Positions 49,844 through 59,267 of a stretch of DNA of 64,000 nt are shown piece after piece. The translations under genes were made by a program, and so were the position numbers. Source of the DNA: Myxococcota bacterium (lineage in GTDB: Bacteria; Myxococcota_A; SURF-8); NCBI GenBank assembly GCA_965140415.1, contig OZ223209.1, positions 448,001-512,000 on the forward strand. The letters run 5' to 3'. The notes below the pieces were generated by a model. The model was not told where the DNA came from and made no database searches. It saw only the letters and a list, made by a program, of their open reading frames with translations. How positions within the stretch are numbered: position 1 is the first letter of the stretch; every line of letters begins with the position of its first letter.

Positions 49844-52288
49844 TCAAGGAGAAACTCTCATTCCCGGGTTGCTGTCGCTCGTTTTTTCAGGTGGCAGCGT
49901 TCCCGGTAAAAACACTTCCTCCAGCGCTCCCGGCGCATCTCCGCTAACCCGTTCACCGCTTTCCGGGTCGATATAGGCATGTAGTAAACCTGCCGCTACC
50001 GGGAAGGGCTGCACGGCTTCGTTCTGCAAGGCCGTTTTCATAAACGCCACCCAGCCGGGTAATGCCGCCCGTGCACCGGTTTCGCCGCGCCCCAAAGGCC
50101 GGTGATCGTCGTAGCCGACCCAGATTCCTGCTGCCAGTTTGGCGCTGTAACCCACGAACCAGGCGTCGCGCTGATCGTTTGCGGTGCCGGTTTTTCCCGC
50201 CACCGGTCGTTTGAGCGCCAGTGCCCGGCGCGAGGTGCCTTCTTTGACTACCGATTCCATTAAGGAAACCATTATTGCGGCTTCTTCCGGCGCGATGGCC
50301 TGACGCAGATTGGGCGTGCGCCGATACAAAATCCGGCCCGAAGAGGAAATCACCTGCCGAATCAGGTAGTCATCGTCGTATTGGCCGCGATTGGCGAAGG
50401 TGGCGTAGGCGTTGACTTGCTCTTCCAATCGAACTTCCGATGCACCCAACGAAAGGCTCAGCATCGGATGCAGCTTGGAGTGGATGCCGAAGGCGCGAGC
50501 GGTTTCGATGACCGCTGCCGGGCCGATATCGTTGATGATTTTCGCAGCGACGACATTGACGGAATTCGCCAGCGCCACCCGCAGACGAATCGGACCCCGG
50601 AATTTGCCGCTGAAATTCTGCGGCGACCAGGGCCTGGAGCCGGGAATGGGAAACGTGACCGCTTCGTCTTTTACGATGCTGGCCGGGGTGTAGCGATGGG
50701 TTTTTAACGCGGTCAGATAGACGTAAGGTTTGAAGCTGGAACCGGGCTGACGAAGCGCCTGGGTGGCGCGGTTAAACGGACTTAACGCCGCGCTGAATCC
50801 GCCCATCATGGCAACGATGGCGCGGCTTGGAACGTCGATAGCCAGCATGGCCGACTGCGCTTCGGGAACCTGCATCAATTTCAAGGCGATGGCTTCAGCG
50901 TTCTTCTCACCTGGCGGGTGTGTGCCGTCCAGCGCCACAACGATCGCCTGATTGAGTTGGAAAATCGAAGACAATTTCGTCTGGCGTTTCTTTTTTTTGT
51001 AGAAAGTCCAGGATGCGGCAGGCTGCTCGATGAAACCTCGTGTCGCTCCAAGTTGCACCGTTAGCCGGGGTGGCGAGTCCTGAATTTGGGTGATGTAAGC
51101 GTAATAAAGCTTTTCCGCTCTGACCACGCGAATCATCGTGCGCCAGAAGGAAGATGACGTTTCGTTCTGGGCGTTTTCCTGCATGTCGTCATTAACGGAT
51201 TTTTCCGTCATCGGCAGATGTTCGGCAGAGAAGGCCAGAACTTCGGCTTGGCCTCCGTTTCTCGTGAAGCGTTCCGAAAATTGACGAATCTGCTCGTTCC
51301 AGTCGTCGGTTTGCTGTTTCGGTAGGACCGGCAAGGCCCGATAGGCATGGCGTCGTTCATAATCGAACAGATTTTCCCGCAGTTCTTTCGCCATGGCGCG
51401 TTGCAACTCGGGCCGGATGTCGGTCATGATCTTCAAACCGCTTTTCGTCACATCCTGTTCGGGCAGTAACTCCGACAATCGGCGGCGGACTTCCTCCACG
51501 ACGTAGGCGGCTTCTTCGCCCATCTGTTCCGGCGGTGTGAAAACAAGCGGTGCATCGATGAAACGGGCGTAGTCGGCTTCGGAAATGTAGGCCAATTCCT
51601 TCAATCGTCTCAGGACGTATTGCTGACGTGTTTTGGCGCGTTCGGGATGGCGGTTCAACGCCAGAATTCCCGGCCCCTTGGGAAGACCGGCCACGTAGGC
51701 GATCTGGCCGATGTCGAGTTGTTTCAAGGGTTTATTGAAATAGAAATGTGAGGCTTCGGCCACGCCGTAACAGCCGTTTCCGAAATAGATTTCATTGGCG
51801 TACAGATACAGAATTTCCTGTTTGCTTAACCGGTTTTCCAGGCGATAGGCTAAAATGGCTTCCTTGATCTTGCGTACAAAGGAACGTTCGTGCGTAAGCA
51901 GCAGATTTTTACAAACCTGTTGCGTGATGGTGCTGGCACCCTGCCGGACGCGCAAGGCCAGCAGGTTGGCGATCATGGCGCGCGCAATACCGAGAAAATC
52001 GACGCCGTCGTGCTGATAAAATCCGGCGTCTTCGGCGCTGACCAGGGCATCGAGCAACAGCGGCGGGATCTCTTCTACGGGAACCAGGCTGCGGCGCTGT
52101 TCCCCGAATTCACCCAGAATGCTTCCATCGTGGGCGAAGATGCGGTTGATCTGGGCGGGGTGATAGTCCTCAACCGTGCGGATATCGGGTAGATCCTGGC
52201 TGTAGTACCAGAAAAGCGCGAAGATCGCGAGTACCCCGCAGAATCCCGCTACAAGCGACCCGAGTAATGCCAATCGCAGCCAGCGCAT
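49844..52288 (-). CDS. mrcA: Class A penicillin-binding protein 1A
   Basis: Transglycosylase motifs (EDAGFYQHDGVD, GASTITQQ, RKIKE) and transpeptidase motifs (RQPGSSFKP, SVN, GKTGT). Confidence 0.95.
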   Translation of the reverse strand: MRWLRLALLGSLVAGFCGVLAIFALFWYYSQDLPDIRTVEDYHPAQINRIFAHDGSILGEFGEQRRSLVPVEEIPPLLLDALVSAEDAGFYQHDGVDFLGIARAMIANLLALRVRQGASTITQQVCKNLLLTHERSFVRKIKEAILAYRLENRLSKQEILYLYANEIYFGNGCYGVAEASHFYFNKPLKQLDIGQIAYVAGLPKGPGILALNRHPERAKTRQQYVLRRLKELAYISEADYARFIDAPLVFTPPEQMGEEAAYVVEEVRRRLSELLPEQDVTKSGLKIMTDIRPELQRAMAKELRENLFDYERRHAYRALPVLPKQQTDDWNEQIRQFSERFTRNGGQAEVLAFSAEHLPMTEKSVNDDMQENAQNETSSSFWRTMIRVVRAEKLYYAYITQIQDSPPRLTVQLGATRGFIEQPAASWTFYKKKKRQTKLSSIFQLNQAIVVALDGTHPPGEKNAEAIALKLMQVPEAQSAMLAIDVPSRAIVAMMGGFSAALSPFNRATQALRQPGSSFKPYVYLTALKTHRYTPASIVKDEAVTFPIPGSRPWSPQNFSGKFRGPIRLRVALANSVNVVAAKIINDIGPAAVIETARAFGIHSKLHPMLSLSLGASEVRLEEQVNAYATFANRGQYDDDYLIRQVISSSGRILYRRTPNLRQAIAPEEAAIMVSLMESVVKEGTSRRALALKRPVAGKTGTANDQRDAWFVGYSAKLAAGIWVGYDDHRPLGRGETGARAALPGWVAFMKTALQNEAVQPFPVAAGLLHAYIDPESGERVSGDAPGALEEVFLPGTLPPEKTSDSNPGMRVSP

Positions 52289-52511
52289 AAAACAACCTCC
52301 AAAATTTCCAAATAATATCATATCGTTCTGTAATAATCAACTGAATGTAATAGTCTCCATTGCGGCAAACCGGTACTTCTGCTTTAACAAACCACAAAAT
52401 ACAGACCAATCAAGCATGAAAGATGAGGTAGAATAGGTTGCTAAACTAAAAAAGAAAATCAAATAACTAAATAATATCAATCATTTTCGAGATTATAATT
52501 TAAAATAGGCA

Positions 52512-52540
52512 TTGACTTTTACACCGAGTCAGTTTATTGT
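52512..52540 (+). promoter_or_regulatory. Putative sigma70 promoter
   Basis: TTGACT-17 nt-TATTGT in an AT-rich intergenic region. Confidence 0.45.
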
Positions 52541-52609
52541 TTTAGTGTTATTGCTGTTTTGCTGGTATGCCACCTGGTGGTAGTAGCTGAAGCTGAAAGA
52601 TAGATTGTT

Positions 52610-53329
52610 TTGAAGATTGGATCATCGTTGGCTGTAGCGTTCATCTTAGGGTACTTCATTGTAACGACTGTTTCTATGGCAGAAGTTCAACATACCTGGA
52701 TTCTCGATGAGAATTCGACCAATCAACTCTTTTCCTCGGTAAAACAAACTGTCGGTCATTTTCCCGGTTATGAAATCACGTCTTTTTCCACCGATCAAGG
52801 CTTGGCCAAGCTGTTACTGAAAACCTCCTCCGGTAGCGTGGGTGCAAATCTGTACCGCGTAGGTGATCAGGTTACAATCGATTTCGATCCCTCATTAGCT
52901 ACGGAAGATCAACGCAGGTTAAAACGCGAACTAATGAAGACAATTGACTCTTCTCTATGGACTGTCAAGCCTGTTGCCTGGCGGGGGCATCAGCAGGAGC
53001 AGTTGGAGTTGGTGAATCTGGCCTTGGCGGAGTCGACTCTTTTCGCTGTAACAATTAACCGACTCTCCCACATGACGGTCTATCATTTCCTTGGATTGAT
53101 CATGGGAGTGTTGCTGGCGGTGATGCGTCCGTGGTTGAGGAGAAACAACAAACGACGCTACGAACGCTCTTTCGGAATCTGGGTGTTGATTATGCTGCTG
53201 ATTGGGATGATCTGGGCGCTACGCGGGTCCATTCAATTAGTGGCAATGCCTCTTGCGGTACTGCCGATTGGGCTTGGTTGGTTGATTGGTGGAATCCCGA
53301 AAACAAAGCACACCCGAAACGACATTTAG
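52610..53329 (+). CDS. Hypothetical membrane protein (paralog 1)
   Basis: Signal/TM, a soluble domain and three C-terminal TMs. Shares ERS.xIxVL, WALRG and LGWLxGG with 53565-54362. Confidence 0.75.
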   Translation: MKIGSSLAVAFILGYFIVTTVSMAEVQHTWILDENSTNQLFSSVKQTVGHFPGYEITSFSTDQGLAKLLLKTSSGSVGANLYRVGDQVTIDFDPSLATEDQRRLKRELMKTIDSSLWTVKPVAWRGHQQEQLELVNLALAESTLFAVTINRLSHMTVYHFLGLIMGVLLAVMRPWLRRNNKRRYERSFGIWVLIMLLIGMIWALRGSIQLVAMPLAVLPIGLGWLIGGIPKTKHTRNDI

Positions 53330-53564
53330 CAGTGGTTATTTCTTGTTGGTATTGATTCCAGAGTGACAGTTTTCTCGCTTTTCTTCTATTCCGTATTCTA
53401 GCCTGTTGTACGTAACTTTAAGTCAAAAAAGGGGAGACATTTCGGGCGAATTCCGAAATTTGAAGAATTGTTCGTTTGATATTGACAATTACTGACATTT
53501 TGTTAAAAATACGACATCTAGTTGAATTGGACCGCCAAAGAATACAAAGACAAAACATGAACAG

Positions 53565-54362
53565 TTGAAGTTGAGGCTGATTCGTATGGTGCATATGTTC
53601 GAAAGTATGCGGAGCAAGGAATTATTGTTCGCGGCTGTTATGATTGCTGTTTTTCCAATAATAGCTGGGCAAGAGCAGATTGCCTATTGTGACAATTCGA
53701 CTCCACAGTCCATGAACCAGACCCGCCAGTGGGTGCTGAAAGCCGAGGTCGTTCAAGAAATTTTCGGCAGGCTCGACCAGTCGTTCAAGTCGGTTGATGG
53801 GGTTCGGATGGTGCGATTTCAGGCAGAGCAAGGGAGTCTTTTGCTTCAGCTTTCCGTTTCGGGTGCTCCGTTAGATGTGAAGGTGACAAGAGAATCCGCC
53901 GGAAAGATCGCGATTGATATCACTTCGAGCCTTTCCCAAAGGCAACAGGATCGAATTGCTTCCATCATTCGCGGGCAGTTGTCGCCCTCTTATTGGGAAA
54001 TGGTTTCAAAGCCGAATTCATTAAAGAAAGGCTGGCTCAGTTCTAAATCCATTGTGGAGAAAGCCACACCGGAACTGGAAGCGATTCTGGCTAACCACCT
54101 AAAACTGTCAAGCCAGAACGTTGCAATCTCGATTTCATTGGCATTGCTGGTTGGCCTGCTTCGATTGATGCTTCAATTGCGCCAAGTGCCTACGGTGGAA
54201 CGTTCCGGTTCAATATTCGTTTTAACGATATGCATTCTGGCCATTTGCTGGGCCTTGCGCGGCATACCGGAATTTGCCTTTTTTTCGTTTGTGGTGAGTT
54301 TCATCGCTTTGGGCTGGTTACTTGGTGGAGTGAGGCTTCGCCGCCGGGAGGCAAAGCCATGA
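53565..54362 (+). CDS. Hypothetical membrane protein (paralog 2; start uncertain)
   Basis: Paralog of the upstream gene. The stop overlaps the radical SAM start (ATGA). Confidence 0.75.
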   Translation: MKLRLIRMVHMFESMRSKELLFAAVMIAVFPIIAGQEQIAYCDNSTPQSMNQTRQWVLKAEVVQEIFGRLDQSFKSVDGVRMVRFQAEQGSLLLQLSVSGAPLDVKVTRESAGKIAIDITSSLSQRQQDRIASIIRGQLSPSYWEMVSKPNSLKKGWLSSKSIVEKATPELEAILANHLKLSSQNVAISISLALLVGLLRLMLQLRQVPTVERSGSIFVLTICILAICWALRGIPEFAFFSFVVSFIALGWLLGGVRLRRREAKP

Positions 54363-55618
54363 AGTCGATGCACTTGCGCAGTACACGCGGGATCTGTCCA
54401 CAATGTGGAGAAATGGTCCGCGCCGAAGTCATTCACGAGGGTGACCGGATCGTGCTGCATAAACATTGCCCGCAGCATGGTGCGTCGGAAGCGTTGATCA
54501 GCAAACATCCGGATTTCTACCGGGCTATCGACAAGCACCTGACTCCGCCGTTTTCTTCTGCCCTGCGTTTTGCTTCGGATGCTCCTCACCTGAATGGGGT
54601 GTTTGTGGATGTCACCGGGCGCTGCAACCTTCGTTGCACCTGCTGTCTGGCCAGCGTTGGCCACGACGAACGCTCGGAGCCGAAGCTGGCCGATTTCCTG
54701 CACTTTCTGAAAACCCTCAAACAGCGTCCCTTGATTTATCTTTCCGGCGGAGAACCCACCTTGCGTTCGGATCTGCCGGAATGGATTCAAACGCTCACGG
54801 AACACGGGTACACGGTCAAGCTGTTGACCAACGGGTTGACTTTGACGGATTTTGCCTACGTGCAGCAGTTGAAGGCTGCCGGGCTGCGCTGGGCGATGAT
54901 TCAGTTCGATTCGCTCTCCGATACTGCGCTGCAAACGTTGAGAGGGTGTCCTTTGGCGGAGGTTCGTCGGCAGGCGGTGGAAAACTGTGCCGACGCCGGG
55001 TTGCATATCGTGTTGCCCTGCGTGATCCATCCCGGTGCCAACGATCATGAATTAGGTGATTTGCTGGCCTTTGCGCAGCGAACTCCGGCGGTGCGACAGG
55101 TCTCGTTCTTACCCGCAGCCAATCAGGGAAATTGGTCGTTTAACGAAAATCGGGCCGGATTGGAAGCGGCGGACATCTGCGATCTGCTGTTTCGGCAGAC
55201 AAAGGGGCGTATCGGACGCCGGGATTTCCTGACACAGTTTTCCTGGATGGCGCGCCTGCATCGCAGCAGCCGCTTGGAACATCTGGCACCCCGACGTTGT
55301 TTTCTGCCGTTATTGGCCACCCGAAACGAGCAAGGTGTCTGGCCGATCAATCGCCTGCCGCGTTCGTTGGGGCAGCTATTTTCTCACGTCCACGCGGCCA
55401 AAGACGTTTTGGGAAAACTGCTGCAATGGCAGCCGTTCGAGCAGGACGAGCACCCACACGACAGCCTGTTGTACATCACCATCGAAACCTTTCGCGAACG
55501 CGACTCGCTGGATATCGACGATGCCTGCATGTGCAGCCGCTATTACTGGGCCGACGATCGCCTGACACCGGCCTGTCTGTACAACCTGCTTTATCGGACG
55601 CAGGAGGTGCAGGCATGA
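54359..55618 (+). CDS. Radical SAM protein resembling the MJ0619/Tes (GDGT-MAS) family
   Basis: N-terminal TRGICPQC...LHKHCPQHG, DVTGRCNLRCTCC, SGGEPT, LLTNG, QFDSL, and C-terminal F...D.LD.....C.C........PACLYN. Confidence 0.8.
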   Translation: MKSMHLRSTRGICPQCGEMVRAEVIHEGDRIVLHKHCPQHGASEALISKHPDFYRAIDKHLTPPFSSALRFASDAPHLNGVFVDVTGRCNLRCTCCLASVGHDERSEPKLADFLHFLKTLKQRPLIYLSGGEPTLRSDLPEWIQTLTEHGYTVKLLTNGLTLTDFAYVQQLKAAGLRWAMIQFDSLSDTALQTLRGCPLAEVRRQAVENCADAGLHIVLPCVIHPGANDHELGDLLAFAQRTPAVRQVSFLPAANQGNWSFNENRAGLEAADICDLLFRQTKGRIGRRDFLTQFSWMARLHRSSRLEHLAPRRCFLPLLATRNEQGVWPINRLPRSLGQLFSHVHAAKDVLGKLLQWQPFEQDEHPHDSLLYITIETFRERDSLDIDDACMCSRYYWADDRLTPACLYNLLYRTQEVQA

Positions 55619-57333
55619 ACATGATTGTCAATCAGCTTGTATGCGCCATCTGTTTAAGCGCCGCATTGTATTGCCTGATCGATTACGTGCAGGAACGTGC
55701 GGAAAAGCCGTTGCCTTCGCGTTTCAAGACGATTCTGCTGATGCTGGTCGTGTTGGCCGGTGGATTACTGGCCATTAGACTGTATGCCCCACCGGCTTTT
55801 ATTCATGCGAATCTGCATGGGTATGACCTGCTGGACAACATCTATTCTTTTCCTCAACCTGCCGATTACCGAAGCGCTTACGGTCAGGGATCGTTTTTAC
55901 TGATGGGCGTCTGGGAGTCGCTGTTCGGTTTGCAGTGGCAGGGATTGATTCTGCTGAACAGTCTGGCCAATGTGGGAATTCTGTTGTTGGCCGCTGCGCT
56001 GGCCTATCGGGTTTCCGGTAGTTTTGCAGCGGCTGCGGCAATTGCCATCGGCGCATTGCACCCGCTGTTTGTGCGTGTCGCCGCATCCGAAGATGCCCAT
56101 AATATCGGAGTCTTTTTCGGTATGCTGGCTTTGTATGCGCTGGTGGAGTTTGTTGCTGGAAATAGAAAGCACATTATCTGCCTGGTTCTGCTTTGCTGTA
56201 CAACGATTCTGACTTTGCTCTCGCGTCAGAGTTTGCTGTTCTGGCCCATCATGATTGCGCTTTATCTGGTCTTGACAAACCGCAAAGCGGTTTCTCCGTG
56301 GCGTTTGCAGAAAAAGCACTGGGTGCTCATCGCCTCTTTAGTTGCTGTGATGGGAATTGTTCTTCTGATCATGCTTAACCAGAAGAGCGAGCGGCTTTCG
56401 GTAGTGGCGATGTTTTCCATTCCGTTTTCGAGCTTGAAACTCGTGACGTTCATTTTCAAGAACCATCCGCTCTTTCGCTTGGATGAGTCGCTGCCGTTGC
56501 TGCTGTTGTCGATTTCCGGTGCCATCGTGGCGCTAAAAAGCCGTCAGCCATTGTTGCTTACTTTGCTGGCAGGAGCCGCGATCAGTTTTGTCATGACGCT
56601 GGGAATGTCCGTGCATCCGGGTTACGGCGTTGAATACGGATTCCGCCTGCCATTGTTTGCGTTGTTGTTGCCGTTGGCGGGTGCCGGTGCGGCATTTCAA
56701 CTGGAGGCATTGAAGAAAACCTCTCTCGGTCGCATTGCCGGTTTCGTGGCGCTTGCCCTGGTGCTTTTATGGCCGCTCCCTGCATTGATGCAGACCCTTG
56801 TAGAGTCGGAACCGTTGCAGCAGCAATATGAAATCGTCGAGCGTGCACGAATGAATTACTCCAATGCAAGCCGGGCGCTGGTAGTGAAAAACAAGGCGAA
56901 AGAGTCGCCTAACTTCGATTGGCCGACCTCCTTCCGCAATCCGCCGGGAATGTCCTTCGTTCACGAACGCGATGCAAAGGAAAGCGATAACATCTGCTAC
57001 GTGTTGCAGGACTTGCGCTGTTTTGCCTATTCGCTGGTGGAGCAGACTCCCAGTGGAGAAGCGCTTGAGATGTTTGAAATGGTGATGAATCTGTCACCGG
57101 ATGAACAGGCTCGGTTTCTAGATGGGTTGTGGAATGATGCCAACGAGAGCTTCAGCGTGTTGAATCAGGTGCCGCCCAGCGGTATGCGTAGGGAATGCCG
57201 TCAGGCATTCGCCAAAGCGGTTCGCTTCGATACCTGGGGTGTCGTGAAGATTCCGCACCAGGAGCTTCCTCATGTGTATTACACGAGCGATGAAATTCCG
57301 GTAGGCGTCTGGGTGATGCCGGGGTGCGAGTAG
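55615..57333 (+). CDS. Polytopic membrane protein, GT-C glycosyltransferase-like
   Basis: Many TM segments, a first loop HANLHGYD, ALHPLFVRVAASEDAH and a soluble C-terminal domain. ATGA overlap with the upstream gene. Confidence 0.6.
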   Translation: MNMIVNQLVCAICLSAALYCLIDYVQERAEKPLPSRFKTILLMLVVLAGGLLAIRLYAPPAFIHANLHGYDLLDNIYSFPQPADYRSAYGQGSFLLMGVWESLFGLQWQGLILLNSLANVGILLLAAALAYRVSGSFAAAAAIAIGALHPLFVRVAASEDAHNIGVFFGMLALYALVEFVAGNRKHIICLVLLCCTTILTLLSRQSLLFWPIMIALYLVLTNRKAVSPWRLQKKHWVLIASLVAVMGIVLLIMLNQKSERLSVVAMFSIPFSSLKLVTFIFKNHPLFRLDESLPLLLLSISGAIVALKSRQPLLLTLLAGAAISFVMTLGMSVHPGYGVEYGFRLPLFALLLPLAGAGAAFQLEALKKTSLGRIAGFVALALVLLWPLPALMQTLVESEPLQQQYEIVERARMNYSNASRALVVKNKAKESPNFDWPTSFRNPPGMSFVHERDAKESDNICYVLQDLRCFAYSLVEQTPSGEALEMFEMVMNLSPDEQARFLDGLWNDANESFSVLNQVPPSGMRRECRQAFAKAVRFDTWGVVKIPHQELPHVYYTSDEIPVGVWVMPGCE

Positions 57334-57335
57334 TC

Positions 57336-58322
57336 ATGCGCCCGACGACCGTTGCCGGCGGATTGGCCAAACTGCTGCTTGCGCGTGCAACAAAGCGCAG
57401 CCTCTGGTCGCATGTCACCGCATTGATCACCATGCGCTGCAATTATCGCTGCGCCTACTGCGATTTTCACCGGCACGAATTCGAGGAATGGCCCAAAGAG
57501 AACTGGCTACGCTTATTACCGCAACTGCGACAGCTAGGGACGATCCGCCTTAGCCTTTCCGGCGGCGAGCCGCTGTTACGTCCCGATTTGCCGGAACTGA
57601 CCGACTGTGCCGCAAAGCAGGGATTCATCACCAGTCTGGTGACCAACGGTGCGTTATTGCAGCAGCGCCTGCATGAAATCCGGCAGGTGGATTATCTGCT
57701 GTGTACGATCGAAGGCGATCGGCAAACTCACGACAAGGTGCGCGGTGAAGGGTCATTCGAGCAGGTCGTTACCGGAATCGAGGCGGTACGGCGCAATAGA
57801 AAATGGAAAATCGGGCTGATCTGTCCCGTCCATAAAGATAATCTTTCGCAGCTGGAAGAACCGCTGAAACTCGGTGAGCAGTTGGGGGCGGGTGTGTTTT
57901 ACCAGCCGGTGCAGATTCGTCAGGGCTGGCAGGGAACCGATTTCGAACGGACCTTGTCCGAAGTGGAGCTTCATGAAGCGCTACGCACCCTGCAACAGTG
58001 GAAGCAACAAGGCCGACCGGTGGGTAATTCCCATGCCTATCTTCGCGGACTGGCGGAAAATCGTCTGTTCGATGCCGAGCAGCCTTGCACGGCAGGAGAA
58101 ACCTTTGTGACCCTGCTCCCCGACGGGCGGGCCTTGCCCTGCTGTATGCTGCCGTTTTCCGACGCAATCTCCGTCGATCCAAACAATCCCGCTCTCGCCA
58201 TGCAGCATCTAAGCGCGGTCTGCTGCCAAGGTTGTTCGATTGCTCCTTATTATGAAAACACACGCTTGCTCAACCTGTCGCCTTCGAGTATTGTGAACGC
58301 TCTGAAATGGAACCGAAAGTGA
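57336..58322 (+). CDS. Radical SAM protein with Twitch/SPASM-like C-terminus
   Basis: CNYRCAYC, SGGEPLL, VTNG, HDKVRG.G.F and CTAG...PDG..LPCC...CCQGC. Confidence 0.9.
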   Translation: MRPTTVAGGLAKLLLARATKRSLWSHVTALITMRCNYRCAYCDFHRHEFEEWPKENWLRLLPQLRQLGTIRLSLSGGEPLLRPDLPELTDCAAKQGFITSLVTNGALLQQRLHEIRQVDYLLCTIEGDRQTHDKVRGEGSFEQVVTGIEAVRRNRKWKIGLICPVHKDNLSQLEEPLKLGEQLGAGVFYQPVQIRQGWQGTDFERTLSEVELHEALRTLQQWKQQGRPVGNSHAYLRGLAENRLFDAEQPCTAGETFVTLLPDGRALPCCMLPFSDAISVDPNNPALAMQHLSAVCCQGCSIAPYYENTRLLNLSPSSIVNALKWNRK

Positions 58323-59161
58323 CGTTCATCAATATGTCTCCAATTGCAACAGCATGGTTCAAGTTACTGCGCCCGACGGATTGGCTGCATTTTCTGTTTC
58401 TGCCGCTGATGACTATCTCATTTGCGGAGTTCAATGGCGTCTGTTTGGTTTCCGCCCTGATCGGCGCTGCGATTTATCTGGCGTTTGCCTATGGCTACAA
58501 CGAATACAAAGACAGCGGTCTTTACAAGTGGAACAGGGAAGCGCTAAGGGAATACCTGGGCGTGGGACATGTCGGTATTTGGCTGGCATGGATTGTACTG
58601 ATTGCTCTTGGTTTGGCTGTTACGGGGTTGTGTGGCGCATCCTCACAGATCGCGATGCTTAGTGGAGTGATCGGTAGCTATTTGTACTCTGGCGGTCCCA
58701 GGCTGAAACGCTTTCCCGTGATCGGCACTCTGGCCAATCTGTGGATCTTTCTTCCGGTAGCCCTTTTAGGTGGACAGTTTTCGCTCGTTGCCGCCGCGCC
58801 CTGGCTGTTAGGCGTCTTTTCGTTACTGCTGATACAAAACCAGTTGATCCATGAAGCCACTCACCGCCAAGAAGATCGGCGCGACAACATCCGCACCTCC
58901 GTTGTGGTGTTCGGTAATGAATTCGCCCGATACGGTTCCGCTTCGCTCGGACTTTGTGCGGCGGTGTGCATGGCGGGTTTCGGCTGGATTCACGAAACGT
59001 CGATCCTGTTTGTGCCTGCTCTGATACTTGCGCTATTCAGCGGAATCTATCCGTTCGCCTGCCTCTTTGTCGAAGTCTCCTCTCTTTCGCGGTTGCGCCT
59101 GTTGCAGCGTTATGTCGGTGTCGCCTGTGGAGCGGTTTTCTGGATCGGAACGATTTTCTGA
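58307..59161 (+). CDS. UbiA-family prenyltransferase
   Basis: LLRP..W, YGYNEYKD, YLYSGGPRLKRFP and HEATHRQEDRRDNIRT...FG, with multiple TMs. 58334 is an alternative start. Confidence 0.8.
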   Translation: MEPKVTFINMSPIATAWFKLLRPTDWLHFLFLPLMTISFAEFNGVCLVSALIGAAIYLAFAYGYNEYKDSGLYKWNREALREYLGVGHVGIWLAWIVLIALGLAVTGLCGASSQIAMLSGVIGSYLYSGGPRLKRFPVIGTLANLWIFLPVALLGGQFSLVAAAPWLLGVFSLLLIQNQLIHEATHRQEDRRDNIRTSVVVFGNEFARYGSASLGLCAAVCMAGFGWIHETSILFVPALILALFSGIYPFACLFVEVSSLSRLRLLQRYVGVACGAVFWIGTIF

Positions 59162-59267
59162 AGCTCAACATGCCCGACAGGGATGATATGAGCGACTAGC
59201 GACAATCCTGCTCGTTGACTTTCCTGCATTTTTGGGGTATCAGAGGGGCGAGCAAAGGAGGTTTCCC

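Noticed and set aside
54230-54358. Longer N-termini given by the ORF track for the radical SAM (54230) and membrane protein (55297)
   Set aside because: They overlap upstream genes extensively. The ATGA-coupled starts at 54359 and 55615 have RBSs and fit better.
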